This document shows, piece by piece, positions 1 through 11,328 of a DNA stretch of 64,000 bases; within the stretch, counting starts at the first letter, position 1; every line of letters starts with the position of its first letter. Under the pieces are notes generated by a model that worked only from the letters and a program-made list of their open reading frames with translations, made no database searches and was not told the DNA's origin. The position numbers were made by a program, and so were the translations under genes. This DNA is from Octopus vulgaris (lineage: Eukaryota). The DNA lies in the NCBI GenBank assembly GCA_951406725.2, contig OX597814.1, forward strand, positions 9,796,001 through 9,860,000, given 5' to 3'.

Positions 1-155
1 TACCTCGGTGAGTGAAGAAATTAGGTTCGGGGCAAATGAAATAGTATTTAGAAAGGTGCTTCAATATTTGATCTGTAGCGAGAGCATGAAGGCTCGTATT
101 TAAAATAGAATGTAGATATTGACAGACCTATCATAGAACAGTGAGGAATTATATG

Positions 156-157
<2 letters not shown>

Positions 158-241
<84 letters not shown>
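158..241. repeat. (TA)n microsatellite, representative of dozens of (TA)n/(CA)n/(CATA)n arrays in the window
   Basis: Perfect TA dinucleotide run; such arrays produce the [16 protein letters not shown] ORFs. Confidence 0.98.
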
Positions 242-247
<6 letters not shown>

Positions 248-315
248 TGATAAAAATGGTAAGACAACAAAAGAATGAAAGAGACCTCGATATTATGTAA
301 AGAGATGAATTTATC

Positions 316-429
316 TGTAAATGTAATATGTGACAATTATTCGGTAGCCAAGATAAAACTCCGAGTTTCCACCTCGGCATCCGAAACTCGGAGTTTTATC
401 ATGGCTACCGAATAATTGTCACATATTAC

Positions 430-436
<7 letters not shown>
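316..436. repeat. Near-perfect inverted repeat (54-bp arms, 13-nt loop)
   Basis: 316-369 is the reverse complement of 383-436 with 1 mismatch; loop cacctcggcatcc. Confidence 0.95.
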
Positions 437-497
<61 letters not shown>

Positions 498-512
498 CCG
501 AGTTTGTATGAT

Positions 513-731
513 TACTCTTTACTCTTTTACTTGTTTCAGTCATTTGACTGTGGCCATGAGGAGCACCGACTTTAGTCGAGCAAATCAACCCTGGGACTTA
601 TTCTTTGTAAGCCCAGTACTTATTCTATCGCTCTCTTTTGCCGAACCGCTAGTTGACGGGGACATAAACACACCAGCATCGGTTGTCAAGCAACGCTAGG
701 GAGACAAACACACTCACAAAAACACACACAC

Positions 732-779
<48 letters not shown>

Positions 780-939
780 GACGGGCTTCTTTCAGTTTCC
801 GTCTACCAAATCCACTCACAAGGCTTTGGTCGGCCCGAGGTTATAGTAGAAGACACTTGCCCAAAGTGCCACGCAGTGGGACTGAACCCGGAACCATGTG
901 GTTGGTAAACAAGCTACTTACCACACAGCCACTTCTGCG
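513..939 (-). mobile_element. tRNA-derived SINE, family A (full length)
   Basis: Minus-strand head with A box TGGCTGTGTGG and B box GGTTCAGTCCC, internal (TA)/(CA) tract and (GAGTAAAA)n tail; about 13 copies in the window. Confidence 0.9.
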
Positions 940-1296
940 ATTGTGTATAGAATATATATTAATCAAAGAAATTCCAACTTATTCTGGTTTTCACGTTTTA
1001 TTATTTGCAATTTTACAATATTGATATAAAATAGTACATTAATGCGTTTAGCATCCATCACGTTTATGTAGTGACCTTTTGTGTTCCACAATCGACAACT
1101 GTCAGTTGTCAATTGTGAGACACGTTTGTCACTATATAAACCTGATGATTGCGTAACGCATGATTAAGGTGTACACACATATGTGGATACATAACCAGCT
1201 GTGACACAGTGAATCTGGTTACAAACTCACGACATCCCATCCTAGCGATGACCTCGTATCAATCGTCTATCTTTTATATTTTTTTGTATCATTTAT

Positions 1297-1372
1297 GTGT
1301 TTCAATCATTAGGGTGCAGCCATGCTGGGGCAACGACTTGAGGAATTTTAGTCCTCAAACACAGACTCAAAG

Positions 1373-1421
<49 letters not shown>

Positions 1422-1586
1422 ACACATTAGATATATGCCTATACAATAGGCTTTCTGTTTCCGTCAACCAATCCACTCAGAAGGCTATAGTTGGACACCT
1501 GCTCTGAAGGCGTCACACAGTGGGACTGAACCCGGAACCATGAGGCTGGAAAGCAAACTTCTTACCACACAACCACGTCTGCGCCT
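1297..1586 (-). mobile_element. SINE family A, diverged copy
   Basis: gtgggactgaacccggaaccatg...cttaccacac head and tgtttcaatcatt tail match family A. Confidence 0.75.
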
Positions 1587-2547
1587 ATAATTAACGTTTC
1601 CATGCTAGGAATCGAACCCAGAGGCCCGGATTTGATTCTAACTACAAGACTTTAAGCAGTTATTTTTTTTTAAAATAACACTTTCATTCAGACAGTCAAT
1701 GAAATTAAGATGCGATATCAGCTCCCCGCAACACAAATGACCACGTAATCTGCTGATGGAAAGGTATGATCTCTTCAGAAATCCAGACTGCAAAAGCGTC
1801 ATGGTTGATATATTGAAGAAAGATACATTCGTGATTCTTTCGTAACCAGAGTCTCTTTTGTCCATATATAGACAGACAATTGAAAAAGAAAGTCTAGCTT
1901 TGACTTCAATCACGCATTAGACTGGTAATTTGGAAATAGCCTTGAAAGATTTTCCGATTTGTGACCCAGGTAGAAAATCGTGCAGTAACCTCTATCGAAG
2001 AGGGTAGAGAAGAAATTTTGAATTCTGAAAGAAATCTGACCCTCGAAGCGCTTTTCTCATTCAGTTACACCTCATCAAGACGGTAGGTGTTTGCGCAGAG
2101 GGTCATTATTAAGCCAGTTAACTCGCCTTGTCAATAACAAACAGCAACAGATCCTTTAATACTACTGGAGATGCTTTATTCTCTGATTGCTGTGGTGCTA
2201 CTACACTGAGTGGACTTTAACAAGTCCACAAATCTTACTGTTATCCTGGCATTACAGGGTTGACATTTGGTTCGGGTACGAAACGTTACGAATTATGTGA
2301 ATGACATTCAACATCTTTAGATGCCATCTATGTCAAAAATTTAAAAAATCATCCATAACAAACACCAGTTCATTAGGTCCTTGCCTCCATTTGATTACTT
2401 AATTTCTATGGGTTCAATACCTTCATCGTCAAGTACTGAATATCTATCTACAGTTGCCGTTGGATATTTCGTTTTCTGCTTCTTTTCTCTTATCATATTT
2501 GATCACCAACTGACATATCCTGCTTGATTGCGTTATTTTCTATTTCT

Positions 2548-2967
2548 TATTTCTTTACTGCCCACAAGGGGCTACATACAGAGGAGACAAACAAGGACAG
2601 ACAAACGGATTAAGTCGATTATATCGACCCCAGTGCGTAACTTGTACTTATTTAATCGACCCCGAAAGGATGAAAGGCAAAGTTGACATCGGCGGAATTT
2701 GAACTCAGAACACAGCGGCAGACGAAATACCTATTTCTTTACTACCCACAAGGGGCTAAATACAGAGGGGACAAACAAGGACAGACAAACGGATTAAGTC
2801 GATTACATCGACCCCAGTGCGTAACTGGTACTTAATTTATCGACCCCGAAAGGATGAAAGGCAAAGTCGACCTCGGCGGAATTTGAACTCAGAACGTAGT
2901 GGCAGACGAAATACTGTTCAGCATTTCGCCCGGCGTGCTAACATTTCTGCCAGCTCGCCGCCTTTCA
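2548..2967 (-). mobile_element. tRNA-derived SINE family B, dimeric copy with 17-bp TSD
   Basis: Head ggcggcgagctggcagaa, B box GAGTTCAAATTCC, body repeated twice; flanked by direct repeat cgttattttctatttct at 2531-2547 and 2968-2984. Confidence 0.92.
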
Positions 2968-3620
2968 CGTTATTTTCTATTTCTGGTATGTCTGGGCATG
3001 TCCTCTCAGGTAGAAGAATCTCTTTCAAGTTTTCAGAAATTAAGTTTCTTTTGCCTGATAAATGTTTCCCGAATCCTTACCAGCTTGCCTGAAACCATCA
3101 GTGTGAGCATTATCTTGATATTGTTTGTGAAGATGTGGTATTAACTCTAGAATCGAAAAGGCTAATGCCATGCAGAAAACAGTCCAACCCAATCCGTTAC
3201 AAACGACGCGATCCTTATTTGGCATATTCAAATACTCAACAACTCATGAATGACTTTTTGCGCTTTTATTCTTCGAAAAACAGATTCTGGAGTGAACATA
3301 CCAACTTAGTCGATTTCTCCTGGAAAGAATTTTTAAATAAAGTCACTCTGTAATAAAAACAATAGTCCTTTAGCTACTGGAATAAAATCTCGAAAACATC
3401 TCCGTGGTTAGAAGATAGTAAAATAATCTGAGATTCCACACTGTCGACAAATTTTGATTCGAAATCTTTATGTCTCACATTTCTTTCACCTTTCTCCATC
3501 CACTCCTTTATACATGCATTTATTGTCTTATTCAAACTTTCTTGTATTTTCTATATATCTCTCTATTTCTTTATCTCTATATCTCTATGACTCTATCTGC
3601 ATATCTCTCTATCTGTCTGT

Positions 3621-3721
<101 letters not shown>

Positions 3722-3849
3722 GTTCCTGCTCTCTCTTTTTCTGTTCTATCTATGTCTTTATTTCTATTCCCACCCGTTCTACTTTCTCCTAGTGTATCCA
3801 GAAATGCTTTCTACCTCCCCCAATCATCACTCTCCGCCATTTAATTCAA

Positions 3850-3980
3850 CCGACCAATCGACCAACCAACCAACCAACCGACCAACCAACCAACCAACCA
3901 ACCTACCAACCAACCGACCAACCAACCAACCAACCAACCAACCAGCCAACCATCACGTCAACCGACCGACCAACCAACCA
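3850..3980. repeat. (CCAA)n microsatellite
   Basis: Imperfect ccaa/ccga run. Confidence 0.9.
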
Positions 3981-4320
3981 TCACAACCTACACAACCCTT
4001 ACACGTCGTAGCTCACATCTATAAAACTGTTCAATAAATCACAAAAACAATATGATTATTTCTTCAGCCACAAATTAGAAGTACAATATAGAGTTGAGCA
4101 GCAGATAGAGATACGGCATCTCATTGCAAATGATATTGCCTCTTTTCTCTAACTTATCAGTCAGACGTCAGAAGCTATCACAGATTGTAACCTTTTTAAT
4201 TAGATAAGTCTACAAGATCTTGTTACTTATATTTATAGGTTTGCCGAAATATAGTTTTAAAACTGTCACGCGTATAATATATAAATGTGCATATGTTATG
4301 TACATAAGTATGTATAGTGG

Positions 4321-4324
<4 letters not shown>

Positions 4325-4383
<59 letters not shown>

Positions 4384-4419
4384 GTACGCATGCATGTATG
4401 TATGTTTGTATGTATGTAC

Positions 4420-4454
<35 letters not shown>

Positions 4455-4483
4455 TGATGTATATATACATATAAATATGCATA

Positions 4484-4519
<36 letters not shown>

Positions 4520-4804
4520 TGTATGCATGTATGTATGTATATATATATATATATCACATGTTTGTGTGTGTATACATACATATATATATCCACATATGCT
4601 TGTGTATGTATTTATGTGTGTATATATTTATTATATACATAATTATATATATTGTATATATATATATATACATTATATATATTATATATAAATATATTTA
4701 TATATATTCATATATATATATATTATATAATATATATATATATACATATACACACATATATATAATATATATATTATATATATATTTATATATGATATAT
4801 ATAC

Positions 4805-4852
<48 letters not shown>

Positions 4853-5042
4853 ATACATATATGAATATATATATATAAGTACATATATATATAATATAGA
4901 TATATAAACATATATATAATATATATATATATATGAATATTTATATATATATAATATATATATATTTATATAATATATATATGAATATATATGAATACGT
5001 GTATATAACTGTATGAATAAATCATATATGTGGTTGGATTTT

Positions 5043-5089
<47 letters not shown>

Positions 5090-5090
5090 C
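4325..5090. repeat. Compound TA/TATG low-complexity tract
   Basis: Continuous degenerate TA-based repeats. Confidence 0.95.
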
Positions 5091-5507
5091 CATATAGATA
5101 TCTATACATAGCTATACGTATATCAGTATATAGATGTAATTAACTATATCTAAATATGTATATATGGTTAGATACATAAATACATACACATATATATAAT
5201 TTTTTCTTTTATATTGACTAAAATTTTTGTTTATTGTTCATGGTGATAAATGTGATTTATATAAAGATATTTATGTGCATATGGATTTCTACATACACAC
5301 CCTTATACACACACGCATACATACATATATACATACATGCATCTATACATAAATACATACATACATACATATATACATTTGTGATTTTAGTTGCAGTGTT
5401 GAATACAGAACCAGGCGTAGTGAGTAGAAGAACGAAATATTATCGATTCCTAGCATAAGATAATAATAAATATACTAGAAAAATATATGTTAAAAAGACC
5501 TACGTAC

Positions 5508-5600
<93 letters not shown>

Positions 5601-5601
5601 A

Positions 5602-5656
<55 letters not shown>

Positions 5657-5665
5657 ACTAACTAA

Positions 5666-5703
<38 letters not shown>

Positions 5704-5789
5704 GTCTGTATACTTGTTCTATATATATATAAATATATGCATACATACATACATACATACATACATGCATACATACATACATACATATG

Positions 5790-6005
5790 TACATACCTAC
5801 ATCTATATGTATATATACATGCATATATGAGTACAGGACACCCCCCAAAAACGTCGAACACAATGAAAAACGCAAATAAAAAACAAAAACATGGAAACGA
5901 ACTTTTTTTTCAAACAACGAAAACACAGAGTACAAGACATACAACACAACGAATATTCCCCTTCTTCAGTTGTCCCTGTTTCGTCTAATCTTCGTTTCGA
6001 AGGTA
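5790..6005 (-). mobile_element. Dispersed ~230-bp repeat family H carrying GAAAC...CTGANGA motifs (copy 1 of 4)
   Basis: Homologous to 27497-27720, 49880-50137 and 54465-54710 (shared cttcgaaac...ctga[a/t]gaagggg...gtcctgtac...tatatgcatgtatata). Confidence 0.75.
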
Positions 6006-6007
6006 TA

Positions 6008-6060
<53 letters not shown>

Positions 6061-6160
6061 TAATCCAAACAAGAAAACAAAAACAAAAAAAAAGCAACAA
6101 CGCAAGGACGTGGAACAAATAAAGTATTATTGGACGCTCAGGAAAGAAGGGAAGAAGGAG

Positions 6161-6196
6161 TGTTTGACTTTCGAGCGGAGCTCTTCGTCGGAAACA
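6161..6196 (-). ncRNA. Minimal type I hammerhead ribozyme-like motif (degenerate)
   Basis: Minus strand: TGTTT-CCGACGA-A-GAGC-tcc-GCTC-GAAA-GTC-AAACA; stem I 5 bp, stem II 4 bp, GUC site; U4>C change and stem III nearly absent. Confidence 0.6.
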
Positions 6197-6267
6197 TAGG
6201 AGAAGGAAAGATCCCGAGAAGAGAAGACAGGGGAAAACTCGCCAGTGATACAGACGAGGTCACATAC

Positions 6268-6306
<39 letters not shown>

Positions 6307-6390
6307 ATTTGGAGGGCAAGCTACTATGTGGTCGGCCGTATACTAGAAGTAGATCACCTACGATCAAACTATCTCCTTCATTATCTAAAT

Positions 6391-6458
<68 letters not shown>

Positions 6459-6488
6459 TGTTTGTCTATCTGTCTGTGTATTTAGTAC

Positions 6489-6544
<56 letters not shown>

Positions 6545-6739
6545 AAACACACATACACCACTTCTACACACCACTTTCCTTGGATAATGGAACTGCAACT
6601 ATAACATCTTTTATATGTTTTTATTTTTATTTCTACATGCATTCTCCTATTTCCCTATATCCTCCTTATTTCCTTCCTTTTCCAATATACCTCCTGATAT
6701 TGAACTTTACTATTTCCTTCTATTTAACCATCTCACATC

Positions 6740-6787
6740 GTCTCTGATGAAGGGGTGTCACTAGTATCCCCGAAACATCTATAAGAC
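6740..6787 (+). ncRNA. Minimal type I hammerhead ribozyme-like motif
   Basis: GTCT-CTGATGA-A-GGGG...CCCC-GAAAC-ATCT-ATA-AGAC; stem I gtct/agac, stem II gggg/cccc, intact CUGAUGA and GAAA. Confidence 0.65.
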
Positions 6788-7004
6788 TAACTTTCTCTTT
6801 ATAAATGTCCTGAAAATTCCACGCAACCTTGGCTTTGTTGTTTCATTTTAATTAACACACACACACAAACACACACACGTACATACATACATACATACAT
6901 ACATACATACATACATACATACATACATACATACATACATACATACACACACAAACATACACACACACACACACACACAGACACAGACACACACACACAC
7001 ACAC

Positions 7005-7058
<54 letters not shown>

Positions 7059-7251
7059 TAATACTAAGCAATTAAGGGTTTAGCAACGAATTGCCTTACC
7101 ACACACCGAATTTAGAAATAGCAGTCAAAGAGATTATAGCTATTTCTTCTACTAAAAGGGAGATCACAGTAAAGGCACAGCATTTGAAAGGCAAACACAA
7201 ACAGGTAAGAAAGAATGAATTAACGGCAATCTATCATACAGTTTTAAGTCA

Positions 7252-7343
7252 CCTACGGACGTACGTTTCGAGATCAAGTCTTAGGAAAGCATAAGAATTA
7301 GATAACTCTACCTTACCCAGACTTCTTCTTTCATCAGCGCAGG
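7252..7343 (-). ncRNA. Type I hammerhead ribozyme motif within a ~580-bp non-coding module (~7060-7640)
   Basis: Minus strand: CCTGCG-CTGATGA-AAGAAGAAGTCT...AGACTTGATCTC-GAAAC-GTAC-GTC-CGTAGG; 6-bp stem I, palindromic stem III ACGTACGT, GUC triplet. Confidence 0.75.
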
Positions 7344-7649
7344 ATACAAACAATCATGAATGATTGAATATTGAATTTTGAGATACTAGAAGGCACCAAC
7401 TCAACTCAGTATCAGAGCGAGCTAGAAGCCACAGCTAGTATCCCCAAATTCAAAGTATGAATGAAAGCTTGTGTCACCAGTCCCTTCCCACCCGCGTGTA
7501 GCCAAGACAAAGTGCTGTGGTCATTTACTGGAATGAATATGGTTATGAGTAACAATGAAGGGTGAAATTAATTAATTTGGAATAATTATCAATTACACCA
7601 AGTAGTCTTCGGCATGTAAAAGCCTAATTCGAGGAAAAAATATATATTT

Positions 7650-7805
7650 ACGATAGGCTTCTTTCAGTTTCTGTATACCAAATCCACTCACAAGGCCGAG
7701 GCTACAGTAGAAGAAGACACCTGCGCAAGGTGCCACGCAGCGGGACTGATCCTAGAACTATGTGTTTGGAAAAAAGCTTCTTACCATATGTCACGCGTGC
7801 ACCTG
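7650..7805 (-). mobile_element. SINE family A, 5' portion
   Basis: ggcttctttcagtttc...aaatccactcacaagg...aaggtgccacgcagcgggactga. Confidence 0.75.
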
Positions 7806-7982
7806 CATACATACATATATGCATATATGCATACATATATGCATATATATATGCATACATACATACATACATAATACATACATACATATATACATACATA
7901 CATAATACATACATACATACATACATACATACATACATACATACATACATACATACATACAGCCATAACATACATACATATA

Positions 7983-9244
7983 CACAAACACGCAGGAAGT
8001 AAATAGACACCTTTAATTTTTGAAAATTTCTGCTCTGAGTGTCTTAATATGTTTTCAGCAGTGTAGAATTTACAATGTAATTATTCTTTTTCCTTCCAGG
8101 TGCCATTATATCAAACATTTGCGAAGAGTAACCATGCCACGCACAAAAAATTCCGCAGAACTATCAGATTTTCAAAGAAGTCGTATTGTTGGGCAATCTG
8201 CATCTGGTCTTAGCCAGCGAAAAATTGCTGAAAATCTTCAAATTCTTCTCGCTACTGGTAACAGAATTATAGTGCAATTCAAAAGCCAAGGAAAAGAATC
8301 AACTGATGCTCGTCCCGGCCGACCTGGACCTTCGGAAAGGAAGCGTCGCTGTTTGAAGAGAATTGTGGAAAACGAACCCCTTTCGAAGGTTTCTGACATT
8401 ACAAAACAGCTAGAAGTTAGTCCCAAGAACATGTGTCACATATCTGCATAAGCTTGCGTATTACGGATGAGCAGCTAGAAGAAAACCTCTCCTTCAACCA
8501 ATTAATATCATGAACGCAAAGAAATGGGCTAAGGAGTTGTCAGAAAAATCCAGTTCATTTTGGGATAGAGTGATTTTCTCAGATGAATCCAGATTTGCAT
8601 TATTTTCAGACAGTGGACATATTTGGGTCTGGAGGCTTTCCAATCAAGAATTTGATTTGAAACGACTCCAACCAACTTTGAAACATGGCAGTATTTCTGT
8701 AATGGTATCTGGAGCTGTCACCAGCAATGGTCGTACTGAGTGATCGAATGTGGTGGAATCATAAACTCTGAAAAATACATCGAAATACTTAAGCAAGGAC
8801 TACTTCCAATGTATTCACACGATAACATGACAAAAAAATGAGTTTTTATTCATGGAAGCTGGGGCTCCATGCCACACAGCGAAAAGGAATCAACAATGGC
8901 TGGCTGAAAATGGGATCAAAAAGCTTCCTTGGCCGAGCCAATCTCCTGACATAAACCCAATTGAAAATCTTTGGAGCATACTAGATAGAGCTATACGAAA
9001 AACATCAACAGAAACCTAAATCTAAAGATGAATTGTTGCGTGAAAAATGGGCAGAAATCTCACAAGAGACAATCACAGAGATTATCAGTTAAATGTCAAA
9101 AAGAGTTTCTGAATTAAAAACTGCAAATGGAATGTCAAGTAAAGTATGTAGTCCTACTTATCGATTATATTTCAATTGTTCGCTTTGTGTATTGAATAAA
9201 AGATTTTGAAAATTAAAGGTGTCTATTTACTTCCTGCATGTCTG

Positions 9245-9246
<2 letters not shown>
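7983..9246 (+). mobile_element. Tc1-family DNA transposon, full length (1264 bp), inactive
   Basis: ~45-bp TIRs (gcaggaagtaaatagacacctttaatttt / aaaattaaaggtgtctatttacttcctgc), TA dinucleotides at 7981-7982 and 9247-9248, internal transposase remnant. Confidence 0.93.
8134..9149 (+). pseudogene. Tc1-like DD34E transposase pseudogene
   Basis: MPRTKNSAELSDFQRSRIVG HTH start, [29 protein letters not shown] motifs; broken by frameshifts and stops. Confidence 0.92.
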
Positions 9247-9296
<50 letters not shown>

Positions 9297-9361
9297 TACA
9301 CACACACACAGACGCACATATATATATATATATATATATACATATATACATATACATATAT

Positions 9362-9460
<99 letters not shown>

Positions 9461-9514
9461 TATAAGGTTGGCAACTAAGTTCCCGCCGTTGTTTTTTAAA
9501 TCTAAACGTTGGCT

Positions 9515-9676
9515 TACATCGACCCCAGTGTTTCACTGGTACGTAATTTATCTACCCTGAAAGAATAAAAGGCAAAGTCGACCTCGGCGAAATTTGAACT
9601 TAGAACGTATAGGCGGGCGAAATACCGCTATTCATTTCGTCCAGCGTGCTAACGAGTCTGCTAGTTCGCTGCCTTA
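9515..9676 (-). mobile_element. SINE family B copy
   Basis: tcgaccccagtg...aaaggcaaagtcgacctcggcgaaatttgaact...gctaacg. Confidence 0.82.
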
Positions 9677-10260
9677 AAGTCCTACGATATTATATCAACA
9701 CCAACCCTATTATGACCGCGACTGCCATCACTAGAGCCACCATCATCACCACAAACACTAGACCAAACACAATTGAATTCACAGCCACATCGATTGTCAG
9801 AGCAGTATCCGTAATTCAAGCAAAAGTACCCATCATAAACTACACGGTTGCACACACAAGTAATAAAGGATTAATATATCAACATATAAACATCACACTA
9901 CCCCGTCACATGCTAACTCATATTCAAATTCTAAAAACAAATCAGGAAACACACAACACACCGAGGACAAAATATCTCGAGGGAAAGGGAAGTTACCGAG
10001 GGACTACAAAGAAAAAGACTCTATGCAGCCTGGTTTTTACCCGTTCCACTCCTTCAATTTGGATTTCTATTTGCATTCATAGCAACGCTAGTTGCTAACC
10101 GTGGGCTGTACAATAATTTTCAGCTTATCGAATTCCCTCTTAACTTAGATATTATAAAAGTATGTAACCTTCGACCCTAATAAAATTAATCCTTTTGAAC
10201 GTACACTGTCCATACATACATACATACATACATACATACATACATACATACATACATACA

Positions 10261-10290
<30 letters not shown>

Positions 10291-10291
<1 letters not shown>

Positions 10292-11075
10292 GTAATCACA
10301 ATATTATCTACCGATGAGACATGATGTTGTAGCTAGGACACTCTACAGTAAAATCCGTCGGCAGGATAATCCCAGGGACAAAAAATAAGAATCTGCAATA
10401 TAGTAGAAGCCATAGCCACTCATGATAAAAAAAAGGGGTACTGGTAGAATGTACCAGTGAAGACCTCAATAAAATGTAAACACAACAGGCCTGACATAAT
10501 GATTTGGGATAGAGAAGAGAAACTGTGCACAGTTGTGGAAATTAAGCTTCTCAGCGGATGTTAACATAAGACTGAAAAAGAGAACATCTGTTGCTGAACT
10601 ATTGAGAAATCTGCAGTTACTCTATCCAGATTACAAGTTCAGGTTTATACCTGAAATTATTGGGGCCCTGGGATATGTAGCACACTGCCTAATACCAATC
10701 TTGAGAAATTAGGCTTCTCAAAACTAGAAAGGGGAAAGCTAATTCGAAGACTGCAGATCCAATCCATCACTGGAACTGTACAAATCTGTAGAATTTTCCA
10801 GAAGTTTATCATTTAAGTATATGTGAGAATGTCTAGATATGTAAGTATATGCATGAGAATACATACATAAAACATACAAATCTGCACGTACATTCATAAT
10901 ACATACATACATACATACATACATACATACATACATACATACATGCATGCATGCATGCATACATACATACATACATACATACATACATACATACATGCAT
11001 GCATGCATACATACATACATACATACATACATACATACATACGTACATACATACATGCATGCATGCATACATACA

Positions 11076-11109
<34 letters not shown>

Positions 11110-11230
11110 CATACATACAAAAATACCCTGTTGCTGATGTTGAAATTCCAATGAAGGAGACTTGGATCTAGGTTAGAAGCCGGCTCTTTCTCTATTGGCA
11201 AGAAATCTTGAAATAAACTGAATAATGACA
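10291..11230 (+). mobile_element. 5'-truncated RLE-type (R4/Dong-like) non-LTR retrotransposon 3' end embedded in (CATA)n
   Basis: Broken frame reads YYLPMRHDVVARTLY...HNRPDIMIWDREEKLCTVVEI...IIGALG (RHD and PD..(D/E) endonuclease motifs); (CATA)n upstream and within the 3' UTR. Confidence 0.75.
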
Positions 11231-11296
11231 TACATATATACATAGCAGTGCATGCATGCAAACACACACGTGTGTGTGTGTGTGTGTGTGTGAGTC

Positions 11297-11328
<32 letters not shown>

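Noticed and set aside
683-1024. Recurrent peptide RASFSFRLPNPLTRLWSARG... in several ORFs
   Set aside because: Antisense translation of SINE family A, not a gene family.
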